Made by a program: the position numbers and the translations under genes. Below, one piece after another: positions 49,790-60,819 of a stretch of 64,000 nucleotides of DNA. The notes beneath the pieces were generated by a model, which was given only the letters and a program-made list of their open reading frames with translations, was not told where the DNA came from and did no database searches. Source of the DNA: Negaprion brevirostris (taxonomy: Eukaryota); contig JARDVH010000042.1 of the NCBI GenBank assembly GCA_030324005.1, forward strand, positions 108,506,412 through 108,570,411. The letters run 5' to 3'. How positions within the stretch are numbered: the stretch's first letter is position 1; each line of letters begins with the position of its first letter.

Positions 49790-50460
49790 CAGAACTTACA
49801 GCATAGAAATAGACCATTCAGCCCAACTGTTCTATGCTCCACACAAGCTTGCTCCCACTCAGCTTCATCTAAACCTATCAGCATACCCTTCTATTATTTT
49901 GGCCCTCGCATATTTATCAAGCTTCCCTTTAATTTTCCATGAGCATATTTTGTTAAATATCTAGTCATTCGTGGGATGTGGGCACCGCCGGATGGGCTGG
50001 CATTTATTGCCCATACCTGAGGGCATTTTAGAGTCAACCACATTGAGGTGGATGTGGAGTCACATATAGGCCAGGCCGAGTAAGGATGGCAGATTTCCTT
50101 CCTTAAAGGACATCAGTGAACCACGTTTTACGACAGTTGATAATGGTTTCGTTATTAGACTTTTAATTCCAGGTTAATATTGAATTCAGATTTCACCTTC
50201 TACCATGTTGGGATTTGAACCTAGGTCCCCAGAGCATTACTCTTGGTCTCTGGTTTACTAGCCCAGTGACAATACCATTTAATTACCGCCTCCTCCAATT
50301 ACAGTATATGGTAGAGAGTTCCACATTCTCATCACTCCCTGGATAAAGATACCTCTTTCGAATTTCTTAGTGGATTTACCAGTGACTAGTTTATATTTAT
50401 GAACTCTTGTTTTTTTTATTTTCGCACAAGTGAAAACATCTTTCATCAAGCTCTTTCATC
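49790..50460 (-). mobile_element. CR1 3' end interrupted by a minus-strand SINE family C copy (49965-50296)
   Basis: The CR1 tail ACAGCATAGAAATAGACCATTCAGCCC resumes at ...GGTAGAGAGTTCCACATTCTCATCACT after the SINE. Confidence 0.7.
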
Positions 50461-50665
50461 ATTTTTGATACCTCAAGGTCCTCTCATTCATGGGAAATTG
50501 GAAATCCCATGGTTTGGATGTATAATTAAATTGTTACTATTACTAGAGAAAGGAGACCTAATAAGATAATAATTAAAATATAGTTCTCGATCCAAGTTAC
50601 TCAAGGACTGTGTACAATCTTTAAAACTTTATTTGTAGTTTTTTTTTTTAATTCAACACTTAAGT

Positions 50666-50955
50666 TCATAGAATCCTCACAGTACAGAAGGAGGCCATTT
50701 GATTCTATACTGACCACAATCCCACCCAGACCCTATTCCCGTAACGTCACACATTTACCCTGCTAATCCCCCTAACACTATGGTCAATTTAGAATGGCTA
50801 ATCCACCCTAACCCACACATCTTTAGACTGTGGCAGGCAATCCACAGAGACACGGGGAGAACGTGCAAACTCTACACAGACAGTGACCCAAGGCCAGAAT
50901 TGAATCTGAGTTCGTGGTGCTGTGAGGCAGCAGTGCTAACCACTGTGCCACCATC
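50666..50955 (-). mobile_element. HE1-like SINE with a small internal deletion
   Basis: TCATAGAATCC...GAAGGAGGCCATT through GCAGCAGTGCTAACCACTGTGCCACC. Confidence 0.85.
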
Positions 50956-53900
50956 GGTCACAAATATGAACAGCGTGAATCAGTTGCCGTGAGCCAGACA
51001 CCAATCATTCAAACTCATTGTTCTGCTGAATTCCTTCCAGCTTTTCACTCACAGGAGCTGGATTAACATTCTCAATTGTTACTTGGCCAGTTGAAAAGCT
51101 GTTTAGCAGTGCAAGAGTCATGAAATGGCCATTATTATAGTCAAAACCCAATTTCTTCAGCTGGGACCAACAGAATCTAAGAGGAGATCAGCCAGCAGTG
51201 ACTTGAAGTAGTTAACATTTCCACAACAGGATGTACACCCCTCAAGGTAGAAAACAAATCACTCAGTTACTTCACTTAATTCCCAAGCCAACTTTTGCTT
51301 TATCACGTGGGATATTCTTTGCAAGTAATAAAATGTAAAGCGTAACAGAACGCACAGCTCGAGAAAAAGAAAGAACAGCTAACCTTAACATTGAAAATGG
51401 CCGTAGAGATTGTTCCTGTGTAGGTTTCAGTCAGTAATGTCACCACTTTCAATTTGGATACTGAGAGCTTCTGACCACAGTGGAGCCACTGTGTGTATGA
51501 AGCATTATAAGGAAGGGGGGTGGGGAGCATAGTTTTCATCCTGCTTTATGGAGCAACAGAATTCAGAGTGCTGTCAGATGACAGTTGGGGAATGAGGACT
51601 CTTGCTGACAAACTCTGTGGGCATGATCTTACTGCCCATTCATGCCACACCACCGCCCTCGCCTGCGNNNNNNNNNNNNNNNNNNNNNNNNNNNNNNNNN
51701 NNNNNNNNNNNNNNNNNNNNNNNNNNNNNNNNNNNNNNNNNNNNNNNNNNNNNNNNNNNNNNNNNNNNNNNNNNNNNNNNNNNNNNNNNNNNNNNNNNNN
51801 NNNNNNNNNNNNNNNNNNNNNNNNNNNNNNNNNNNNNNNNNNNNNNNNNNNNNNNNNNNNNNNNNNNNNNNNNNNNNNNNNNNNNNNNNNNNNNNNNNNN
51901 NNNNNNNNNNNNNNNNNNNNNNNNNNNNNNNNNNNNNNNNNNNNNNNNNNNNNNNNNNNNNNNNNNNNNNNTTTTCTTTCTGTCTGGGCCACTAAATAAA
52001 AATTCTGAACTAATTGTTTGGAATGAGAATTTTTTGCATGTTGCTGGGAGGAGCTGGTCTTTTATGTGGACAGCTGAGAGGAAGGAGGGAAGAATGAGCG
52101 TTTAAATAAAATAAATGCATTTTGAGTGAACACTGAAAATGTACCATGATTGCACATATTACAATGTAGATAATCAGGAACAAGTAGTTTTGGGGACAAG
52201 TACGTTTCCTAAAATCTTAGTAAAGTTTGAAAGGACCAAACTGCTTTGTAGTTCGTATTGCACGTTTTATAGCCGAGACATTAATATTGGTGTTATCAAA
52301 AGATGAATACTTAGTTTATTGCTAATTAATGTTGGGGAATTCTTTAATTGTGTTAAATATGGTATATAACTGGTTATACCATCAGCCTATATGATAAGAT
52401 TTATACTAGTTATGAAATATCATAGATCAGTAGATTTATTATTTTGCAGTTACTGGTGAAAGGTAAATATGATAACTGCTCAGATAACAGAGGGAAACAG
52501 GAATAGGCCATTCAGGTCTGTATTTAAGACCATAAACTGACCTTCCACTTTATTTCCTCTACCCTGTCTGCATATCCCTTAATTTACATAGTATCAAAAA
52601 ATCTATTGATAAGTGTCTTGAATTTGTTAGAGCAAAGAACATTTGCCTAGACACTGTTGGACCCCTTGAAATTTTCTTGTGGACCTTTAGAGGTCCTGGA
52701 TCTTTAGTTGAGTGCACCTGCACTAAATGGTTCCTGAGACGAAAAGATTATCTTACATGGAGCAATTGAGTTGACTACACCTATGTTCCGTAGAATTTAG
52801 ATTTAGACTGAGGTTTTGCCAGATCTGACACAAGAGGCACACAAAACACAGATGCTTATGTCCTATTCCATAGTTAGTCTATTTCAGAGGCTATACTTAA
52901 TGGACACCATTTCACATCAAGCATGATTGACTTACCACCTGCTCCAGGTGTATTGTAAGGATTTACAGGTTTATAATCATCTGCTTGGCTCTTACAAACA
53001 CACCTTCCTTTACTATTGAGACCTGGGGTAGGACTCAAATCTGGAACCTCTGGTTCAGAGTGCGAAACGCTACCCATTGTGCCAGAAGAATCCTGCCTTA
53101 GAATTTAGAAACCGCAGGATTTGACAGGGTAGATGCTTGAAGAATGTGTACTCTGGCTAGGAAATTGAGAATGAGAGATCAGTCTCAGATTGAGGAATCA
53201 GTCACTTAGGACTGAGGTGAGGATAAATTCCGTCACTTAAATGGTTGTTGAACCTTTGGGATTCTCCAATCAGCAGAGTTACAAATGTTTAGGGGACGAT
53301 CTTACCTTCTAGTCCCACTGGTGGATGGGCGGGGTGAACCAGTAAGATTGTGAGAGGGGCAAAAAATCAGGATTGTGACCCAGATATCTGGCCCTTCTTG
53401 GGCATGAGGCTGATTTCAGTACTTAAATATGATTTAAATATTCGTGAGCTTGAGACACAATTGTCATCCCCACCCACCCCCTGGGCTGACCAAAGGGTGA
53501 GGGGGACTGATTGGCCAAGGAGGCCAACAGTTATGTGCTGGGTGGGGGAAGGGGGAGGCGCACAGTATGCAGGTGGTGAAGATGACTGACAGATCTCTCT
53601 GTTCTGTGCAAGCTTTCTGGCAAGCTTGTGCCTCAACCCCTCCCCTACTGGCAGGAAACAGATTGAGCATTTTCCTTGCACAGAGTGGCACAAGATTGGA
53701 CTTGTGCCCTTGCCAAAATAAAACGGATCTGAAACTCTCCCATTTTCACACTTGTTCAGGAATTAGTATTTTTTTGGGAAGATATCCCTTTCGTCTTTGA
53801 GTATATTCAAGATATCAATTGATAGATTTTTGAATGCTGAGGGAATGAAGGGTTATTGGTAATGTCACAATGCTCAAATTATGGTGGAAAGTCAGCATCA

Positions 53901-54299
53901 TCTTATTGAGTGGGTGGCTGAATGATGCGCTGCCACCCCTCTTTCTGATATGAACAACTACCAGATTTAATGATAACGGTTAAATATTAAAAGATGGATT
54001 CTGAGTCCTGAATCAGTCGCAAGCAGTAGTCCTTCAGCAATGCTAGAAAATTGTAATTTTGTCTTAAATGTTCAAATTATATTCTGAACTGTTGGAACAT
54101 TTGCCTTGATTTGATAGTTTAAACCTTTCAACTTAATTGGAGCTTCCTTATTAATTGGTGTTTTTTTTGGTCAATTCTTGACTATCAACGTAATTTGTCA
54201 AACCGTTTTGCCACATATTTGAAGTAGTTGTCTTAATCTTATTAGCACTAGTCCATATTTTCATCGGACCCAGAACCCTTAGGCCTTTTCAAAAGATTA

Positions 54300-54440
54300 T
54301 GGATGGAATCTTACAGCCATTCACACCGGTGGGATTTTCTGGTCTCGCTGCAGAGAACAGAGATTTGGCTGTGTGCCAAATTCTCTGTCCTCGCTTGCAG
54401 TGGCAGCAAGGCATGAATGGCCAGTAAGATCGTGCCCATA
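54300..54440. mobile_element. Short MITE-like element
   Basis: Termini GGATGGAATCTTAC ... GTAAGATCGTGCCC; interior similar to 39263-39426. Confidence 0.5.
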
Positions 54441-54599
54441 ATAGGGAGGTAGTTCTCAGGGACCGCAGGTTTTTAGATTTGGAGCATAACTCATTTTTGA
54501 ATTGACATCTACTTGAGATAAGTGTATCGTTCTTGCACACAAATCTTATGGGGACATTAAGGAAATAATTCTAATTCCTGTCTTACTTCATTGTTACAG

Positions 54600-55187
54600 T
54601 TCCTGGGAAACCCAGACTTCTAGTTAGTCATACACAGATGAACACTGCTCTTATTCAGTGGCACTCTCCTGTAGAAACCTTTGGACCCATTCTGGGTTAT
54701 CGGTTAAAGTTTGGACGCAAAGACTCTGAACCGCTAACGACGTTGGAATTTTCGGAGAAGGATGATCATTACACAGCCACTGACATCCATAGAGGCACCT
54801 CTTACGTCTTCAAACTCTCGTCAAAAAATAAAGTTGGCTTCGGGGAAGAGATTGTGAAAGAAATCGTAATTCCGGAAGAACGACCAAGTGGATTTCCCCA
54901 AAACCCACACGCTGAAAGCTCCACAGCGTCAACTATTCAGCTGAGCTGGCAGCCACCAGTCTTAGCAGAACGGAATGGTTTTATCACGAAATACAATGTA
55001 TTGTACAGAGATATCAACAGCCCAAACAATCGAATAGAGCTCTCTGTTTTTTCTCCTGAGACAAGTCTGAAGCTCACCAACCTAAAACCAGACACCACTT
55101 ATGATATCAAAGTGAGAGCTCATACAAGTAAAGGCCCTGGTCCATATAGTCCTAGTGTTCAATTCCGGACCCTGCCCCTGGATCCAG
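54600..55187 (+). CDS. PTPRD: PTPRD exon, FNIII-6 and FNIII-7: (V)[20 protein letters not shown]...[26 protein letters not shown]
   Basis: TTGTTACAG| acceptor and CCAG|GTAGGA donor. 588 nt, phase 1/1. ORF 54638..55216. The segments [19 protein letters not shown] and [11 protein letters not shown] favour PTPRD over PTPRF/PTPRS. Confidence 0.97.
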
Positions 55188-55207
55188 GTAGGATTTGTCT
55201 CTTTGTG

Positions 55208-55242
55208 TGCTTCTAGATGCAGGTGGGTGACGATATTAGGGA
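55208..55242 (+). promoter_or_regulatory. 3' arm of a putative long-range intronic RNA duplex (partner 27220-27252)
   Basis: TGCTTC-tag-ATGCAG-gtgggtgac-GATATTAGGGA, starting 21 nt downstream of the FN7 exon donor. Confidence 0.6.
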
Positions 55243-55559
55243 GTTGGGTCACAAGATTGTACAATAGATCTCACTGCTTTCTACCAACTTGAAAGGTAAC
55301 GTTCTTGAGTCTTAATATACTTTGGGGTCTGAGCTCAAGTACATGCATACCGCTGAGACTGCACAAACCTGTATGACTCACAAAGGTAAGTTTTAATCAC
55401 AGAGATTTACAGAAATTTAGGTTGATAACAGGTTGTTCGAAATGCAGGTAGGAGAGGTGATCTATGCATATTTGAAATGGGCAAGAACACTGATACGGGT
55501 CCAAGCAGAAAGTTAGAATGGTCCCATCTAAACTGTCGCTCTCCTTACTTTTTCAGCAG

Positions 55560-55657
55560 TGTTTGCAAAAAATTTTCATGTTAAAGCTGTTATGAAGACA
55601 TCGGTTTTGTTAACGTGGGAGATTCCTGAGAATTACAACACTGCCATTCCTTTCAAA
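55560..55657 (+). CDS. PTPRD: PTPRD exon, start of FNIII-8: (V)[32 protein letters not shown]; alternative start at 55557 (NAGNAG)
   Basis: TTACTTTTTCAGCAG| acceptor and AAA|GTGAGT donor. 98 nt (101 with the proximal AG), phase 1 in, phase 0 out. Matches recalled [38 protein letters not shown]. Confidence 0.95.
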
Positions 55658-56084
55658 GTGAGTTATTTTGCCTGTAAAATATTTCCTGTGGCATATTTGA
55701 TTATCTGGTAGAGTTTTTAATTATTAAAGATGAATTGCCACTCACATTCCTTTAAGATGGGGATGACCATCGTGGATGTGATTGTAGAAATGCATAACCA
55801 CACCAATTTCCACTGACCGTTTCTCTAACATAGATATTGATCCACTCAAATAAATACTTGATGGACATTTGTGTCGAATGAATGGAAACAGTGGAGTAAG
55901 TCATCCACTGTGATGAGTGCTTGTAAATACAGTGTATAAAAAAGTAGACTGCATTGGGATACCTTTGAACTTGTATAATGTTTGAAATGATGCTGAAAAC
56001 TTGTACATCTGATGTGCTAAGTGTAACTTTACCAAGCTGTAAATTTTAAATTTAAACTTCAACAGCTGTAACCAAAGCCCCATA

Positions 56085-56310
56085 TTTTTTTCTTTCACTG
56101 ATATGAGTGAGCATTGCTGGCAAGGCCAGCATTTGTTGTCCTTTCCTAATTATCCTTAAGAAGGTAGTGGGGAATTTTGGCAGTTGGTACATGCACAGTG
56201 CTGTTAGGAAGGGAGTACCAGGATTTTGGCCCAGCAACAGTGAAAGAATGGCAATTCTGTTCCAAGTTAGGATGCTGTGTCTTGGAGGGAAGCTTGCAGC
56301 TGATGATGCA
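56085..56310 (-). mobile_element. LINE 3' tail fragment (family of 37120-37905)
   Basis: GCTGGCAAGGCCAGCATTTGTTGTCC-TTCCTAATT...AGTGCTGTTAGGAAGGGAGTACCAGGATTTTG. Confidence 0.7.
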
Positions 56311-56319
56311 CAGAGTCGT

Positions 56320-56446
56320 AGGGCAGAATTTTCCAGCCATGCTCACCCCAAAGCTGGAAATTCCCACCCAAGATCAACAGACCTTTGCATGGTCTGCCCC
56401 CGCCTGCTACGATTCCCATGGCGGGCGGGACAGGAAAATTCCGCCA
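56320..56446. mobile_element. Short MITE with terminal inverted repeats
   Basis: GGGCAGAATTTTCC ... GGAAAATTCCGCC. Confidence 0.6.
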
Positions 56447-56449
56447 CAG

Positions 56450-57322
56450 GGTCACAGAGTCATACGGCACAGAAAAGGTTGTATAGTTTCCGGCCTCCAC
56501 AACCTTCCCAGGCAGTGCATTCCAGATTTTCACCATCCTTCGAGTGATTTTTTTTTCTCTCAAATTCCCTCTGAATCTCCTGCCCCTCACCCTAAAACTA
56601 TGCTCTCTCGTGATTGACCCCTCAACCAAGGGGAACAACTACTTCCTATTTACCCTGTCCTTACCCCTCAGAATCTTATACACCTCAATTTGCTCTAAGG
56701 AAAACATTCCAAGCCTATCCAGTCTTGCCTTATAACTCAAATGCTCCATCGCAGGCTACATCCTGGTGAATCTCCTCTGTATCGCCTCGATTGTAATCAT
56801 ATCTTTCCTATAGTGAGGTGACCAGAACTGCACACAGTTCCCCAGTTGTAGCCCAACCCATGTTCTGTACCGCTCCAACATAACCTCCTTGCTCTTATGC
56901 TCCATGCCACAATTGGTAAGATTGACAAAAGCAAGTGCCCATATCCCTTCTTAACTATTCTATCCACCTACTCTGCTGCTTTCAGGGATCTGTGAATAAG
57001 GACCACAAGGTCCATCATGTTTAAATTATATTATAATGACCAAATGGCAGGATAGATTGAGAAAGTGGCTGAAAACGCATACACAATCCTATGCATCAAA
57101 ACGAAAGGCATAGTCTAAAAATAAAGATGATTACGTGAAACTAAACTCTGGTTCAACTTCAGCTGGAATATTTTGTCCAGTTCTGGGCACAACACCTTAG
57201 GTGGGATGTGATGGCTTTAGAAAAGGTGCAGAAGAGATTGACAACATTGATTTGAAGGGTGAGGAACTTCATTTATGTGGAAAGATTGGCGATGCTGGGA
57301 TTCTCCTTAAAGGTGAGAGGAT
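56450..57322. mobile_element. Two CR1 fragments in opposite orientation (minus about 56450-57015, plus about 57040-57322)
   Basis: Minus: TREHSFRVRGRRFRGNLR..., IWNALP, LQLGTVCSSGHLT. Plus: LVQLQLEYFVQFWAQH. Confidence 0.75.
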
Positions 57323-58114
57323 NNNNNNNNNNNNNNNNNNNNNNNNNNNNNNNNNNNNNNNNNNNNNNNNNNNNNNNNNNNNNNNNNNNNNNNNNNNNNN
57401 NNNNNNNNNNNNNNNNNNNNNNAAGTAGAATCACAGAATCCCTGGAGAGGGAGGATGTTCGGTCCATCGAGTCTCTGTCAACTTCATTAGGGGTGTGGAA
57501 TAACCACAAATCAGCCATGGATGACAATTAACAAGTGACGCATCTATTAGGCCTTAAAGGAAAGTTTGAATTTCTCTCATTTACATCCAGATTAATTGTT
57601 CCTTTGATCAGGAAAATACAAAATCATATGTTTCTTAAGAAGCTGCTGTTGATCAAAATTACTGGTTTTACATTCAAAAGTGACGTGTTTTGCTCATGTT
57701 TCCCTCCGTACAGCGTAGAGACTCGCCAAGAAACTTCAAAGCAATGCTTCCCATTGGACATATATTAAGCACTTTTGAGTGTGCTTGGAATCTCTACTTC
57801 ACAGAGTTAATGAAAGGCTGTTAATGAAACGTTTAAATCGGAAGTGTGTTGAAATACACAACACATTGAAATGTATTCAGCTGCAATAACAAGCAGTATG
57901 AGAGTGAAACTGCAGTTACAATGTCCTCTATCCCATATCATTTACACACGCTCTTAGTTAGATCTTGTATTAATGTAGAGTGGCCTATAACGGATTATAT
58001 CAAATGGATTTTGCATTTGTTTGGAATCCTGGACCGTTGCTTTCCAAACCTTTTCCCGGTGAGATCCTATATTAATACTTCGGGCTTTTTTTTGACCCTG
58101 GGGAGAGGGGAGGT

Positions 58115-58317
58115 TTAAAGTTTGTTTATTAGTGTCACAAGTAGGCTTACATTAACCCAGCAGTGAAGGTACTGTGACAATCCCCTCGTCACCATGCCTG
58201 TTTGGGTTTCACTGAGGGAGAATTTAGCACGGCCAATGCACCTAACCAGCACCTAATTGGAGCACCCCAAGGAAACACACGCAGACATGGGGAGAACGTG
58301 CAGACTCTGCATAGACA
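58115..58317 (-). mobile_element. 5'-truncated tail-B V-SINE
   Basis: AAAGTTTGTTTATTAGTGTCACAAGTAGGCTTACATTAAC... is the reverse of tail B. The V-domain is present and the tRNA head is missing. Confidence 0.8.
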
Positions 58318-59721
58318 GGATACCTTTGAACTTGTATAATGTTTGAAATGATACTTGAAATTTGTACATCTGATGTGCTAAGTGTAATTTTACAAGATGT
58401 AAATTTTAAATATTTTGAATGGAATTTCGTGACTGACAATAATTTCAATCCTTTAACCTGCTGTTTGCATCATTGGGGCAAGTGTGAGATTATATTGTAG
58501 TAATTGGCAGATTCAGTAAATACAACCCCGCTTTTTTGGGGGGTTTCGCTGATGATTGTTACCACTGAAGATTGAGCCAGATACAAATTGGCATAGGGAC
58601 AAACAGCTGAAAAAAGTCCACAGGTAGCTGAAGGAGAGCATGAGCAACTTGTTTAAGTGTGACCCCTCCTTCCGCATTAACGTGCACGTGATCATCTACA
58701 GGGACCGACTTGTGCAAGATCTGCATGGGAACTTCTGCGTTGTGCACGGCTTAGAGAGAACATTGAGGGTGAGGAGATGGTGTTGTAGGGGTGAGATGGA
58801 CTGGTAGAAGTTACAAAAAGCCAATGGAAAAGCAGCAGGAAAATGGGTCAGATTTAATGTTCCACTACAGGGGTCCTATCCACTAGATGGAGGAACAGTG
58901 TAAAACGTGCATCACTTCCTTGTGGGGGCCCAACAAAAATAATTTCATGTTAGGTACTTAATTCGTCAGCATCAGACCTTCCCCAGGATTCTGAAACTTG
59001 CTGGAGGAAATCCCATCTGCTGAGAGCTGCTGGTCAGACAATGACTGACGGCTGTCCATTGCCACTGAGCTGAGAAGCCAAAGGTGCTCCAGGGACTTCA
59101 CCAGGGATCCTCATTGGATGGCCTCTGGTGATTGAGGGAAGGATTGGGATCATGGTGGGGGCAGAGAGGGTGGATGTTAGAGACATGGGCAGCCTCCCTT
59201 CTTTCCAAAGCTGGGTCTCTTAATTGGTCGCAAAGTACCTGACTATGAGGAGTCTCTTCCCCTCAACTTCCCACAAGGTTGCTGTAAACAAAACGGGGTT
59301 GCACACTGGCCTTAGAGAAGCATGGGAAGGGGTAACTCCCATTTAATCCCTGAGCCACCACTAAATTTTGATTGACTCGTGGATAAGTTGTGTCAGTTGT
59401 CTACTAATGAGCCTAATTGACATCCCACCATGAATGGGCGACTCTCTTGTATTGGTCCATTCCTGTCTCCGATTTAATCACAGGAGCTTTTCTGGCCCCA
59501 AGACTCTGAAAGGAAGCCTGTCCTTTCCAGTGGTTAAGTTGGCCTGGTCACCATNNNNNNNNNNNNNNNNNNNNNNNNNNNNNNNNNNNNNNNNNNNNNN
59601 NNNNNNNNNNNNNNNNNNNNNNNNNNNNNNNNNNNNNNNNNNNNNNNNNNNNNNAATCACAATTAAATTCCACCCATAAAGGAGAGGACACCTTGAAGGG
59701 AGTATTGAAGATGACACAAAT

Positions 59722-59926
59722 GAATCACAGAATCATAGAATTCCTACAGTTCAGAAAGAGGCCATTCAACCCATCGAGCCTGTACTGACAATCCCACCCA
59801 AGCCCTATCCTTGTAACCTCACATATTTATTCTGCTTATCTCCCTGATACTAAGTGTCAATTCAGCATGGCCACTCAACCTAACTTGTACATCTTTGGAT
59901 TGTGGGAGGAAACTGGAGCAATCGGA
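59722..59926 (-). mobile_element. HE1-like SINE, 3' half
   Basis: GAATCACAGAATCATAGAATTCCTACAG tail through TGTGGGAGGAAACTGGAGC. Confidence 0.8.
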
Positions 59927-60072
59927 AAATAGCTGGAGATTGAATAAGCCATAGAGTATAAAGTTAAAATATTTTTAAAACAAAGAGAATGAAATCATTT
60001 TTAAAAACCTGTTTGTGTGGCGGTGCATAGAAGAGTGCGAGGCAAACTGGCTGAACGAGAGTCAATGACAAT

Positions 60073-60400
60073 GGGTGGCATGGTGGCACAGTGGTTAGCA
60101 GTGCTGCCTCACAGTGCCAGTGACTCAGGTTCAATTCCGGCCTTGGGTCACTGTCAGCTTGGAGTTTGCATACTCTCTCCATATCTGTGTGAGTTTCCTC
60201 CGGGTGCTCCAGTGTCTTCCCACGGTCCAAAGATGTGTGGGTTAGGTTGACTGGCCACGATAAATTGACTCTGGTGTCAGGGGATTAACAGGGTAAACAT
60301 ATGCGGTTACGGGAATAGGGCCTGGGTGGGATTGTGGTCAGTGCAGACTTGATGGCCAAATGGCCTCCTTCTGCAGAGTAGGGATTCTATGATTCTATGA
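60073..60400 (+). mobile_element. HE1-like SINE, full length
   Basis: GGGTGGCATGGTGGCACAGTGGTTAGC head through GGGATTCTATGATTCTATGA tail. Confidence 0.9.
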
Positions 60401-60819
60401 CTAAAATAGAGGATCTGGAAATTGTAGGATGATTGAAACACTGACTAGAATTTTCCAGGATTATTGAAAGCGGGCTAGGAAGGGGACAGGGTGACAAAAT
60501 GGGAATGAGAGAGTTTTTGCAGGGTTGTCTTTCCATTGTCATGCCATTATGGCTGTGAGGGCGGAGGGGTAAGCTGGCAGATGTTCCACACACTGGCAGC
60601 CCAATTGAAACACTTAAGCAGCCAATTAAGGACCTCTTTTAGCCTCAACGAGCATTTTGCCTCATGTGGAAAGGACTTGCCACCATGCAGGGAGACCACC
60701 AAGACTCTTTGCAGGTTGTTGGAGACTGGGGTGGGTAGTGGGGCAGTGGGGGAAACCTCCATTTTGGTCATTGAATAGTCAATGAACAGGTCCAACAGAA
60801 GCAATGGTCATTCATACAG

